A DNA stretch of 64,000 bases from Leptogorgia sarmentosa (taxonomy: Eukaryota). Both the position numbers and the translations under genes were made by a program. The DNA lies in assembly GCA_964658305.1 (NCBI GenBank), contig OZ210885.1, positions 2,728,001-2,792,000 of the forward strand. Reading direction: 5' to 3'. Shown in pieces: positions 1 through 12,764 of this stretch (position 1 is the first letter of the stretch; each line of letters starts with the position of its first letter). The notes under the pieces are model-generated. The model was not told where the DNA came from. It saw only the letters and a program-made list of their open reading frames with translations, and did not search any database.

Positions 1-203
1 TATTCGGGGGCGGAGTATAGTCGGAGGTTCACGGTAGTGCTTTTCTTTCCTGTGCGAGATCGTGATTTTAATTTTGTTGGGATTTGCCGGCATTGAAAAA
101 CAGAGTGGAAACACAGAACACGACTAGCACGACGTCCTCCTCTCTCCCCCTCATGGTCATCCTGCTCCACTGTCTTTGATTTCGACATATCATTCATAAC
201 TAC

Positions 204-1783
204 CTGATTTCTGCTCGGCCTTCTCGTTTATTGCCTGGATTTTGTCAAACGCTGAGTTGTCTTCTGAATTGTCGTCAAAATTTTCTATGGAAAAAATTAA
301 CAATGAATTTTAGATGAAACCTAGTCCAACAATTTTGAAGATGCAATTTCATGAAATCGTACATCTTCCATCTTCTTATATAAAGAGTGAAACTATACGC
401 CAATTACGAAAACAGTATATGTGTTTATACAAAACAGATTATTTCAAGATCATGATAAAATCGCTTTAATTCACTTACCATTTTCAAAATTTTCATAAAT
501 TTCTGACTTGGGGAACCCTAAAATGGGGAAGATTACAAAATTATCGCGTCTTTCTGTCCTCAATATATTATATATATTTATAATGGATATAAATATATTC
601 TTATAATAAGGTTTTGAAATGGGTAAATTTGGTTTTTAGAAAGTCACATTTTTCACAAACAATCGCAAAGCGCTGTCTCTATTTTATCTATATCATAATA
701 ATTATGTTGTCAAGTTTCAATTCCTTATGCAATTTGATATGATCGCGCGAATTCCGAAATGCGAGTCATGAAAGCTTATATCAAGTATTGAATACGTCTC
801 ACGTTTTAACCACGCAAAACCTCACGTCTTGAAAGGAATTAGTATTTGCGCTGTTCGCCTATTCCCTAGCAGTAAACCATTTTATACATGCATGCAAGAT
901 CACGTATTAGGGACAGGTAAGATGCGTGTAACAAAAAGCTGAAAACAAATAAGAGTTGATCACCAAGCTACATAGGCGCAGATACATGTCACTTTGTGTA
1001 CCTATTTTTTGGTGTTATCACAACACTGCCAGATTTTCAGTATGCAGTTTCGAAACCGGAAAACAAAGCAATAAAAGCCAAAATGGCCGACGCAAACTGT
1101 TTAATCTAATATTATTTTAATCTAATAAATGTTGAATTATTAGAAATACATGCAGTTGTGTGTCGTATAATAAATTCCCTCGGGCTCGGAAAAATACTTA
1201 CGAAACTCGTAAAATACCAGGCCGTATTGCATTTCAAACCATTCAATAAGCTATATGTACATGTAAGTCGCATGCAATAAACTGCAAGATATAAATATTG
1301 GATCTGAGATCTCATGGCTCGTCTGCCCAAACAATTCCATAGATAAAAAATGCTCAGTTGGAATAGTCTGTAATGTGTGTGCACTACCTGTTAAGATAAA
1401 TTTTGGGAATATAGCCCTCAATTCATTCCATGTTAAAAATCTCGCGAAACCTAAACCGCTTTAAGACTTTTCATCCGTTTAAAAATTATGGAAAACTTTT
1501 GGGAAACCTATGATATTATATGAACCTACTAAAGACGGACGGCTTGTCGTTTAGACCGCTATACCCTATACCTGTCGAAGGGGCCCCAATATCAGTTGGC
1601 AAAATCGGCCCGACCGCAAATCACTGTTTGTAGCTAAACCTACGGCTTTCAGCAAGCTATAAAATTTTGCCAATTTCGAAAACTGCGCAAAATAATTTTC
1701 AAAAATTCTATCTTACCTTCACTGCCGGGCAAAAATCCAAGACAGAATAACAGAGGTAAGATTGTCAATGATGCAAACTTCAT
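204..1783 (-). CDS. Astacin-family metalloprotease C, 5' part only (exons 1-2; gene continues off the left edge)
   Basis: Exon 1 1783-1717 [22 protein letters not shown](G)|gtaag is a signal peptide. Exon 2 284-204 [27 protein letters not shown](G)|gtag is 81 nt, phase 1-1. Both closely match exons 1-2 of the complete astacins at 30.5 kb and 45.2 kb, and intron/promoter sequence 1260-1925 matches 29955-30625. Confidence 0.8.
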
Positions 1784-1849
1784 GACCACAGCGATCCTTC
1801 GTACTTCACTTCCAAAGCGATTTGAACTTTCCAGTCTTTCTTTGCCCGA

Positions 1850-1856
1850 TTTTATA
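1850..1856 (-). promoter_or_regulatory. TATA box of astacin C
   Basis: TATAAAA on the minus strand about 70 bp upstream of the ATG, at an equivalent position in all five signal-exon copies. Confidence 0.55.
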
Positions 1857-2253
1857 TTCTCCCTTTCTTTATCTCTTTATCATTTTGTGAAAAACAGGAA
1901 CATTTTTTCCCTGCATGTTGTCCAGCAATTTACATACCGGATCATCCGCCAAGCCATGTGAAAGGAACTTAATTGGGGGGTGGTCTCGCACGAGGCGCCA
2001 AATAATTATTATAATTGCATAAAAAAATTGAACTGCAAGTACAATAATTGATTTTAAAATATTGTGCGCAGAGATAGTGGGTATCCATTCGCAATATTGC
2101 AAAGCTCACGTCCCTTGTGGTCGTTTGAGCACTCTGGCCCCATGCCTCTCTGCGCATGTGTGGATGCGTTGGCGTCTCAGCGTGAACCACATGCGTCAGG
2201 TGTGAGCAGTCTCATGTGGTTATATGCTTAGCGTCACGAACGCGCACATGTAC

Positions 2254-5200
2254 AATGGCACTTTCGATGCCTGCAGTGTGTTTAAAAAAATGCACCCGGC
2301 ATAATATTAATGTTGACGAATTCGCTTTGTTGTATGACATGCGGAGAGAAACGGTTTTTCTTTGCCTGACAACAAACGTGGCGGAAGACCTCTACTTCCC
2401 ATCAATCTTCGCACGGCACATTAAGAACGTACTCAAAACTCAAAGATTGAATGAGCTCTCAGCGCTTGCTGTCAAGTACTAGTAGCTATGTTTGTGCGCT
2501 TAATCCTCTTTACATCTGGCCAATTTGGCGCTGATAGTGGGTTGGGGCACTCGACAAATTCTAATTATAGAAAATGTGTCGTCTTGATTTTAACTACGTT
2601 AGTCTCTATAGAATCACATGGATAAATGTAAATATTCCCATCTCATACTTTGAATGATGTAGTATGTGTTTTATTAATAAAAATTAATGAAATACAGAGG
2701 TATGCGTACACACAACACGTAACGCGTTAACTTTTCCAATAATGTTTCTATCAATGTTGATAAATTTATTCAAATCAACCAGTTATTTATCGGTTTCGAT
2801 AACCCTGATATATTATCGGTCAAAGGAAAAGGACATGCCATGGATAGCTGATGTACTTTTATCTGATAAATTGTGACCTGCATGCCAAACCTAATGCAAA
2901 TGAGCTCAAACAAAGGACTCAGATCATTAAGATTTGATTCGGCGCATGAAAAATTGAATGTCTGAACTAGCTAGGCCGTAATTTCAATTTGTTTTGGCGC
3001 AATTTAATTAGATAGAATGGTACACTTTCAACAGGACAAGCAGCAAAAGTTCTACTAACTATATCTGAACGATACAGTTTATAAAAATTTTAAGATTTGA
3101 CGTTTTCCCAGCAAAACTAGTCAGGACGTTTAAAAATAAAAGCTGATTGTTTCAGCTCTAAAAGTTTTCGAAATTATAACAATTATGTAAGACAATAAAA
3201 ATTCCACCCCTAGGGAAACTGGAATCCTTTAAATTTTTTTCCGTAGGCGGTAGCTACGTTGACGCAAAGGATATGATGGAATTCGTCCCCGAGCGCCCCT
3301 AATTTTATCAAGCTGAAGCTTTTGAAATTTTAATATGATAATATTTTGCTGCACAAATTGTGTTAGAGGATTGAATGTTGCATCGTCGTAACTGACTATT
3401 CTTTGTCGGGTTTGGGATGTGAAGTGTATCAAAAGCTTCCAAGCTCAACCAAGTAAAGCGAAAGTATTCATTCAATCGAGTAATGTCGATATTCATTAAC
3501 TGAAGATTTGATGTATATGAATATATACTTAACTGTAATAACCACTTCAAAAATATTTGCTAATCGTAGTCAAGCAAATGATTCCGATTCATATTATTAA
3601 CTAACTGTCCTAGCTATAAATGACGCACACAAAAATTATATGCAAATCAAAGACAAAATTATAGCACAGTTGGAATGCATCAACTCCAATTAACCTTTCT
3701 CCTAATCCCCCAAAAATGTGACTTAAAGTGAGTTCGGTTTTCTTGACTGCCGGAAATCATACAGACAAAACTTTTCATCTTTTGTATAGAGCTAATAAAG
3801 AAACAAGCAAACAGAGAAAGAATAAAACATCGGCCTTCTACACAGCTTTATCATCATCTGACAGACACGCCAGTAAGCTGAACACAAAAACTAAACATAC
3901 ACAAAGATCCTTTGTTCTGGAATGTAAAAATTAATGTATATATGACATGTTGCGGATAAAGATCTTTCTTAGTGCAGAAGTACTTGGAAAGTGCTTATCA
4001 ATTAGTTTTAAGAACTCTTTGGCGATGCTTGTTTGCACGTTTTTACAAAATGGTGGGTTCAACCAGATGACATTTCCTGAACGTTCAAGTTTTTGGGAAT
4101 TGGTTGGTTTAGTGCTTTAGTTGTAAATGTCGGCAAAAGATTCGAATGCTTTTTGGTTATAAATATATTATATACATATCTGGTTGAACCCACCATTTAG
4201 TAAAAACGTGCAAACCAGCATCGCTAAAGAGTTGTTAAAACTAATCGATAAGCACTTTCCAAGTACATCTGCACTAAGAAAGATCTTTATCCGCAACATG
4301 TCATATATACATAAATGTTAACATTCCAAAACAAATTATCTTTGTGTATGCATGTACAGTGTTTAATTTATGACTGTTCAGCTTACTGATAATTTATATA
4401 TATATACTAGAATTTAAAAAGCTTTAGCTTGATAAACGTAGGGCTGGGGCGTCTCGGGGACGAATTCCATCAATCCGTTGCGTCAACGTAACTATCGGCC
4501 AAGGGAAAAAAATTGAACAGATTCCAGTTTCCCAAGGTTGAAATTTTTATTGTCTTACGTAATTGTTATAATTTCGAAAACTTTTTGAGCTGAAATAATC
4601 GCTGCAATTATTTTTAAACTGACTTGTTTTGCTGGCAAAAAATCAAATCTTACAATTTTTATAAACTGCGTCGTTCAGATAGCTAGTAGAACTTTTGCTG
4701 CTTGTCCTGTGGAAAAGGTACCATTCTATCTAATTAAATTACGGCAAAACAAATTGAAATTACGGCCTAGCTAGTTCAGACGTTCAATTTTTCATGCGCT
4801 GAATCTAATCTTTATGCTAGACCTGTGTTCTTTGTTTGAGCTCATTTGCATTAGGTTTGGCATGCAGGTCACAATTTATCAGATAAAGAAAGTATACATT
4901 AGCTTTCCAATGAAAGATTTTCTCAATGTAACTATGTATTAATATATTTAAAGTCAAAATGGCAAGATTAGCCAAGAATAGGATACAGATACCTTGGTTA
5001 TTAATAAAAGTATTTATTTCGATAAATACTTTGAGTATTTATTAATAAAAGTATTTATTTATTTTAGCCCATGATAAAGCATTGAAATTATGAACATTTA
5101 GCGATGATGACTGGAAGACAGATTAATCAGCGTGGTACAGAGATTTGTTAGAAACACTGCTATAGATCAGAGAGCAAAGATTCTTTGCACACATTCAAAG

Positions 5201-5475
5201 ATTCTTTTTTTGCTTGACTTGGCTATTGTCAGCGAGATGATGGCAATTATTATCTACAACAGTTGAATTTGAACATTCTGTGATGTAATGAACTTGACGT
5301 TCTGTGCCTCTGAGATTTCATATGTTTTGTGTGCAGTATAGAACAAAGCAAGACGAGTTAAAAATACCGCATGTCATACAACAAAGCGATTTCGTTTTTA
5401 ATGTACTAATTAAAACATCAATATTAATGCGGGGTGCATTTTTTTAAACATTCTGTAGGCATCGAAAGTGCCATT
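2254..5475. repeat. Large imperfect nested inverted duplication (fold-back)
   Basis: Reverse-complement arm pairs: ~2254-2345/~5367-5475, ~2857-3340/~4407-4887, ~3871-4075/~4180-4389 (e.g. tttatctgataaattgtgacctgcatgccaaacc versus ggtttggcatgcaggtcacaatttatcagataaa). Confidence 0.85.
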
Positions 5476-7995
5476 AACGCTAGACCCAAATCATCTTTGT
5501 GTTCGACGATCTCAGTTGTGTTTGTCCATCGCAACTTTGTACGGACATCGCCTCACTTCAGTGTCACTGAAACAACGAAGTCTTAATTTAATATATTGAA
5601 TCGAGAGCACGGTTGGACAGAGTATAATTGTTGACATTGCCGTAAACAGTCGATTTGCTTATATGAAGGTCAAATCTATCTTACTTGGAAACATTGTTAT
5701 TTTTAGAAACGATAAAACGAACCATAATTTCTGAAAACTAAAGGGAATCTATAAAATTTATGATAAATAGCTATATATAGTGAATAAAGTTTTTTCATTA
5801 TATATAAAGTTATATATATAAAGTTAAGCGCACCCAGAAGAGTACATTTTTGTTTGAAATTATATCCTCAAAATTTTCATTTTCGCAGGCTTAACTTTCC
5901 ATCCGGCTACCTGCTTCCTTCATAGATCCTTGAACACTTAGAGATTGATCCGTCTGTAATCGTGACTAAAGTGTGCTATCACAACGTGTTGTACTCAACA
6001 AAGCCCCCTGTTGAAACGGAATTATCACAAGTCACGATTTATGGTAATATTATAGAGAGCAGTTTGTTCTTAAAATGAAAAAGTTCATTTCAAAGCAAAA
6101 TAATTATATTAGTGTGTATACTATTATGTTAAATTTTATGTTCCTATTACCGACATGATAATTGTGATATAGCTAACGCAGTTTGCGGTATAGTAGAAGT
6201 ACAGTTTCTTTAATTTCAACTGTAAAAGCAACAAACATTTTGTTCACATCTAATTTCACATTAGGCAACATCTAATAAATATTTAAAAGCATCATCGCCA
6301 GAAATTACGGACATTGGAATCCCGAAACATCCCTCAATTGTACACCTCCATTATCCCTATCTATCCCTAAACATTTTATCCAAAATGGCGTCTCTTAGGA
6401 GAGTAACTAATCCCGCTTGAATACTTAACACATTGCATTGCAATGTAGCGTAAATATATCTTGATATTGAAATATAGTGTAAAATATAGAGTAAACCTCA
6501 GTAGTAGATGATCACAATAGTTGGAAGTATTTTTGTCAGAAGAATATTTGCCAGTCCACATCATCGTTCGCATTTGATGCAGTTGATTGCAGTCCACGAA
6601 ACAAAAATTATGATATCTGAACAAAGTACAACTTGAGAGTGAAATTGTACCACTGTCTAAAACGATCGGCAAATGACAATTATTATAAATACAAGTGTTT
6701 AAAAGATGGATTATTGTCATTTCAGTAAATCATCCCCGAACCACCCCGAGAGGGTAATGCTTCCGCACGCCTATTTACACAAATGATTTGCACCCCGGGG
6801 CCCGGGAAAAGGCAGCATCAACCTCGTCCCCAGGGCTATTTGTGCGAGGAGGGGCGAAATAACCCTGGCAACTGCTAGCCATTGACACCTCTTATTTTGG
6901 GGTGTCATAATTTAAATCCGAATTAATTTGGCATACATGCGTAATTATATTTATTTTTAATATAAGCTAATTCAGCACACAGCAATTGTACAAGAGTATC
7001 ATTAAATATTTCGTAATAATGTCCATAGTTTCGGTTTAAAACGAAAGAAAGTGTATTGAATACAAGCAGCGAGGTTTCGATTTCTTTGTTGTTCCCACGG
7101 GCTTCGGGAAATCACTTCCGTTCAAACTTTGGCGGACTTTTGGCCGGTGATGGCGGTGAAATTATGTCAAAACATTGTCTTTGTCGTATCTCCACTTCAA
7201 TATTCCCGGAAAACAAGTTTCGCGGCTAAATAATCGCTTTTTTGCAGTTGTTTGATGACCATTGGGCGTCAAGTGAGTATTTACAATTAACAAATGCAAC
7301 GATCATGTATAATTATCATAATTAATAACGACTCCTGCTAGCCGATGCCAGGGCTATTTCGCGCCTTCTCCGGCAAATGGCCCTGGGGCGAGGTTGGGGC
7401 AGCATAGCGCATGCAGTCCATTTAATGGCGGAGCCTGAAAGAGAAAAGTTTTTCTTTCTTTGGAATATTCTGGATTTGTTTTTTTAAGGCATTCTGCAAT
7501 CCTGGAAAAAAATTAGTGGACTTTTTCAATTTCTCAACGTTTCCCCCCCCCCCCTCCCCCCGCCCCCCCTAAACAATGTTGGTGTTTAGATGATGTGTGT
7601 TGAAAATTGACTTCATTTTATTCAACATTGTTCCAAGGGAAGGGGAGATTTAACATTTAACATCATTCACTAAGTTATTCAGGCGAAAATGTATTATTTT
7701 AACAGTTAATAATTTAATTTTGGTGTAATTAACAAATAGTCTCCATATATTTTTTCCAAAATTGTGGATACTATTTGGAGAATAGCATGTTTCGTTGAAT
7801 GATTGGCAAGAAATGTAATATTAATTATAAAGCAGCTACTATGCAACAATTTTCCATTATTTTATTAAAAACATAACATAGTATAGATAGCATACACATG
7901 GTAAAACTTAACCTCTATACAACCTGGATGTTGCAAACTAAGTTCAAAATATTAATAACCAGATTAGAAATGAAAAAGTAAGTACAACAGAGTTT

Positions 7996-8130
7996 TCAAC
8001 TTAAACGCAAACTAAAGCCACATGATTTGCAACAATTGGCCGCCATGAATGGTACGTATCCTTGCACACAATGTCCACGTTTTTTTCCAAGATTGGCAGT
8101 TCTGATAAGACCGCCTGTCACCACTACAAC
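7996..8130 (-). pseudogene. Orphan ShKT/PLAC-like terminal exon with a +1 frameshift
   Basis: Acceptor ...ttctgaag|GT TGT. Reads GCSGDRRSYQNCQSWKK/RGHCVQGYVPFMAANCCKSCGFSLRLS* once one A is removed from an A7 run. Its flanks 6.8-8.2 kb duplicate 17.8-19.9 kb. I found no astacin catalytic exons between 8.2 and 19.4 kb. Confidence 0.7.
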
Positions 8131-9634
8131 CTTCAGAAGCTGAAAAGAAGACGATTATTTGACGCGTGAATCAGCAATGCTAGCGACTTTAAAGCGTTTA
8201 TTTTGGGTGGTGATTGCTATAGCTATAGTTCTTCCAAAAAATATTCATAATAACAGATACCAAAAATTTCAGACGTGGTTGCCCTCACTTTTTGAATAAA
8301 TTAACTCTATAAGTCGATAATGGTGCCGTGAAAGCTATACATCAATTAAATGGCAGAAAAAAGTTACAAGCATTTATGATCAATTTTAGGCTACATTTAC
8401 ACGAATCGGACAAAATTAATATTACTCCGGATAAATATTCGTTCGCAGGAATGCGTTTATACGAGTCTGCAAGAAATTCGTACGCGTTCGCTTTCCGTTT
8501 ACACGAGTAACATTTTCGGGCAATGATTGCAGTATATTTACCCCCGATTCTCGACGACATGTAAATGCGATTTATGTTGTCAAAATATACCAAAATGGCG
8601 GCAGCTTGCAATAAGAAACCTTTTGTTATTTTGGTATTATATAACAAATATTGAAAGTTTTTATTCCTGCAATATAATGTGCCTCGTTGAATAGAACATT
8701 CCATCTTTCACCGAATGAAAATATTATACCATTGCACTCATGAACATTCATTATTCGTATAATAGCTTCCATGCCACCTTTTTTGACTTGTATAGAGTTA
8801 ATTTATTTAAAACGTGTAAGCAACCATGTCTGACATTTCTGGTGATGACCTAGCAATGTAAAACTTTTCTTACCGGGATTAACCCATCCCAGGGCCCCGG
8901 GGGCAACTATGGGACCATGATTCGGTGAATATGAAACATGCTCAAATCAAAATTAAAATCTTGTCCATTAGGACTACATCATTAAAAATTAGGAGCACAG
9001 TTAAAATAATAAACAGGCATTTTCTATGATTTCAGCGGCAAAACCGCATTTTGTGTTTAATACTATACGTATGTAGGTTGAGGTTTGATATCTCATTGTT
9101 TTCCACAAACGTAGATAGTTCCTTATTTGTTTAGGACGCTAGAAATTTTTAGTTAGCTTTGACTGGCTTGTGCATTTTTCGGGCCGGTAAGCAAGCCTTT
9201 GAGCTGGGGCCGCCGGACCGCATAACGTTTCCGATCACGTTCTAGCACCATTTTTTGGAAATAACTACCCGTGCTGAAGGTTTTGGATGAAAATTGTGCA
9301 ATTTGAATGGAATTAACCCCGAAATAATCGATCGTAAAGTGCTGCCAAGGCAGTCACATTGTTGTTTCAAGACGTTCGAGCCTATCAACCGGTAAACTAA
9401 CTTATTTTTCTTGAACTAATCGTTGCCAGAAAGAATATGTTTTGTAAACTTTGGTCCTTCCTCCGACAACTCGGTCGCCGAAACGACGACTAAATATACA
9501 GTGAGAATTGTGGACGACAAATCGCTTCCTGTTTCTCTACCAACACGCCGCTTTCTATTTCTTATCTTTCACAGAAGTCCTATAGAATATTCCAACAACT
9601 CAAAGTTATCCAAAAGCTTCATTCTTGACCTGAA

Positions 9635-11938
9635 ATTTATTTATTTATTTATTTATTTAAAAATATTTAAACACGGTAGCCTTTCAGCTAAAAAATGTAC
9701 AAATAATAAGTGCTGATTTTCAAAGGGCCGTGTATTTACGCCTACTTACATATCTATACGTTAGGCTTACTATAAAAATTTAAACAAACTATATAATATA
9801 CACACTACTTAACTACAATTTCTAACGCTACTAATTATCTCGACTCTCTTAGTTTTACTTTGCGAATTCCAGATTTTGGCGGCCGCATAACTAAAGGATC
9901 TTTTCATTGCATTTGTATTTGGTTTTGATAGCCCCAGCACCAAGTCATTGCTCCGAAGATTATAGTTGTCATTATCACTAACATGAAACATTTGATTAAT
10001 CCCTTCAGGACATTTTTTAAAAAGAGCCTGTGTAACATAATTGATAGTTTGCGAGTTTCGTCTATCCTGGAGATTGTTCCACCCTAACTTTTTGAGAATG
10101 TCACTCGATCGAATATCATAATTATCTCCAGTTATAACTCTTGCCGCTCTGTTTTGTAACTTTTGTACTTTATCTTTTAACGTCTGACTACAATTATCCC
10201 AGACAAGAGAACAATAATCAAAATACGGGAGAACTAAGGAACAATACATTAGCTCTAACGTATCTTGTGAAACATATTTTTTTACGCGTCTAATAATTCC
10301 AATAGCTCTTGACACCTTGGTGCTGATACTATCAATTTGTTCTTTCCACCTTAAGTGCTCATCAATTATAACCCCTAAACTTTTGGTAGCGTTTGTGCGG
10401 GTAATTTCCTTACCTCCAAGCTTTATTTTAATTTCACTCTGGTTCTGAATGTTGCTAAGCTTCTTATATGATCCAATGATCATATATTCGGTCTTCTCAA
10501 CATTCAGAGTTAATTTATTTGCAACTAGCCAATCATGTACTAATTCTAACTCACAATTTAATTTCATCTCTACATCAGTAGCTGAGGTTCCCGTCACAGA
10601 TAGGTTAGTATCATCCGCATACATAGCAGGCATAGATTTATTTAGGCAATTTGGCAAGTCATTTACATATAAAAGGAATAATAAAGGGCCCAAGTTAGAC
10701 CCTTGTGGAACACCGCATGATACGTATTTGGATGATGAGGTGACATTATTTACTCTACATACTTGTGTTCTTCTATCTAAATATGAGGAAAGCAATGCTA
10801 GCGCATTATTTCTAATTCCGTATAATTCTAGTTTTCTGATTAAAATCTGGTGGTCAACTGTGTCAAATGCCTTTTTGAGATCGAGGAAAAGAACTCCATT
10901 AATTAGGCCAGAATCCATATTAATAAGCCAAGAGTTTGTCGTGCTAAGTAGAGAAGATGTGGTGGAATGGCCTTTCCTAAATCCTGATTGAGATTTAGTC
11001 AAAATATTTTCCTTTCTCAAATAGCCATTTAGTTGATCACTCATCAATTTTTCAAATACTTTAGCAGCGACAGACAAGACTGATATTGGCCGATAATTTC
11101 CACACTCTTGCTTATCACCAGATTTATAAATGGGAGAAATTCTGGCAACTTTCCAATCATCAGGAAAGATACCAGTAGCAAGAGAACAATTATATATAAA
11201 TGTTAGGTAATAGGCAGATATCTCACACGAATCCTTTAATAATGTTGAAGGTATTTTATCCTGTCCACACGACTTGGATGTTTTGAGTTTATTCAATACT
11301 GCTTCTACTTCACCAACAGAAATTACTTTGAACTCAAAGATACAATTAACTGGTTTTATATAATCTTCGAACCTTTTGGAACCTTTAGGAATCTGCTTTG
11401 ATAAATCTATTCCCACTTTAGTAAAATAATTGTTAAATATTTCAGCCATATCACCACTATCTGTCGCTATATTTTCATTAAATTTAACACTAGTTACATT
11501 CGTTGTTTTTGAACTTTTGTTGATCATCTGATTAATATTTCTCCACAATTCCTTTGAATTATTTTTAGAGTCACTTATAACCTGCTGGAAATATTTTGTT
11601 TTAGTGTTCTCAATAAGTTTATTCAATTTGTTCCTGGCAATTTTATAGGCATCATTATAAAAACTAGATTTGGTTTTTACAGCTTTCCTTTTCATAACAT
11701 CACGAAAATTCATGAGGTTTTTTATCTCATTATTTAACCAAGGTGCGTATTTACTTCTGACTCGCCTTTGTCTAATTGGAGCATGTATTTCAGCGACTTC
11801 GTTGAACCTGTCCCTAAATTGTTCCCATAGTGCATTCGGATTATCAGTGTACGCCCAATCACAATTCGAAAGGGAAACCAAAAGGTCATGCTTAAACTCA
11901 AAAGATTTATAATATTTATAATTTCTGGTTTCAATCAA
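9635..11938 (-). mobile_element. 5'-truncated CR1/L2-group non-LTR retrotransposon
   Basis: Contains the RT ORF, a 3'UTR and a (TAAA)n tail at 9635-9658. A near-identical 3' fragment lies at 38350-38718. Confidence 0.9.
9809..11938 (-). CDS. LINE ORF2 reverse transcriptase (709 aa; endonuclease domain lost by 5' truncation)
   Basis: Motifs NYRPISVL, QSGFRKGHST, FLDLKKAFDTVDH, GVPQGSNLGPLLF, YADD, LGVIIDEHL and LQNRAARVITG. The ORF is uninterrupted. Confidence 0.92.
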   Translation of the reverse strand: MIETRNYKYYKSFEFKHDLLVSLSNCDWAYTDNPNALWEQFRDRFNEVAEIHAPIRQRRVRSKYAPWLNNEIKNLMNFRDVMKRKAVKTKSSFYNDAYKIARNKLNKLIENTKTKYFQQVISDSKNNSKELWRNINQMINKSSKTTNVTSVKFNENIATDSGDMAEIFNNYFTKVGIDLSKQIPKGSKRFEDYIKPVNCIFEFKVISVGEVEAVLNKLKTSKSCGQDKIPSTLLKDSCEISAYYLTFIYNCSLATGIFPDDWKVARISPIYKSGDKQECGNYRPISVLSVAAKVFEKLMSDQLNGYLRKENILTKSQSGFRKGHSTTSSLLSTTNSWLINMDSGLINGVLFLDLKKAFDTVDHQILIRKLELYGIRNNALALLSSYLDRRTQVCRVNNVTSSSKYVSCGVPQGSNLGPLLFLLYVNDLPNCLNKSMPAMYADDTNLSVTGTSATDVEMKLNCELELVHDWLVANKLTLNVEKTEYMIIGSYKKLSNIQNQSEIKIKLGGKEITRTNATKSLGVIIDEHLRWKEQIDSISTKVSRAIGIIRRVKKYVSQDTLELMYCSLVLPYFDYCSLVWDNCSQTLKDKVQKLQNRAARVITGDNYDIRSSDILKKLGWNNLQDRRNSQTINYVTQALFKKCPEGINQMFHVSDNDNYNLRSNDLVLGLSKPNTNAMKRSFSYAAAKIWNSQSKTKRVEIISSVRNCS

Positions 11939-12383
11939 ATGTCTCGAACCAAGTCAAGTGACTGTTTTGGCAGCACTTTACGATCGATTATTTCGGGGTT
12001 AATTCCATTCAAATTGCACAATTTTCATCCAAAACCTTCAGCACGGGTAGTTATTTCCAAAAAAATAGTGCTAGAACGTGATCGAAAACGTTATGCGGTC
12101 GTAAAATGCGAAAAACATGGTTTTTCCTATACTAGCTCCTTTTAATTTGACCGGTTGAGCAGCCATCTTGGATTTTCAAAAGTTGCCACACATTTTATAC
12201 GGAGTCAGCAATCTAGGCTTCCTATATCTATGGTTCCATTGCACGATCATGAAACTGGAATTTCTATTTTATATCACGTGATCGTAAATAACCAATTAAA
12301 TAGCGTTAATTTAACAAAGTGTTATATAATAAAGGAAATCCTATTGTGCACTTTATTTTCAAGGGGTGGCTTTCTGTCACTTA

Positions 12384-12589
12384 GGCCTGTTTCAGACGTC
12401 GAACTTCTCATGTGCCGAACTCAATTGTTTTAGTGAAGCACATGATAAGTTCGACGTATGAAACGAATTAGGTTCGACCTAAATGTTAAGCTCGACCTAA
12501 ACGTTAGGTTCAACTGCTCTGGTCGAGCTTGGTCGAACCTAATAAACATTAAGTTCGGCACATGAAAAGTTCGACGTCTGAAACGGGCC
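12384..12589. mobile_element. PIF/Harbinger-like palindromic MITE
   Basis: TIRs ggcctgtttcagacgtcgaac.../...gttcgacgtctgaaacgggcc, flanked by TTA on both sides. A decayed copy lies at ~59440-59545. Confidence 0.7.
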
Positions 12590-12643
12590 TTAATAGTGTC
12601 TTGAGGTATATGTTCACAGGCAACATACATTTAGAAAACTTTA

Positions 12644-12752
12644 CCGCGACAAAAATTTCCGACCCACGACAAAGATTTTCGACCCGCGACAAAAACCCGC
12701 GACAAAAACCCGCGACCCGCGACAAAAAACCCGCGACAAAAACCCGCGACAA
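12644..12752. repeat. Short tandem repeat built on a CCCGCGACAAAA motif
   Basis: Repeated ccgcgacaaaaa/cccgcgac units. Confidence 0.8.
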
Positions 12753-12764
12753 TTAGATTCTCTC

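Larger units (their letters stand above)
9216..12100. mobile_element. MITE-like element with ~150-bp terminal inverted repeats, interrupted by a LINE
   Basis: 9216-~9360 (gaccgcataacgtttccgatcacgttctagcac...) is the reverse complement of ~11955-12100 (...gtgctagaacgtgatcgaaaacgttatgcggtc). Confidence 0.75.

Noticed and set aside
10449..10991. 180-aa plus-strand ORF (also 52644-53177, 21489-21923, 38723-39046)
   Set aside because: These are antisense shadows of the RT, peroxidase and astacin coding exons.
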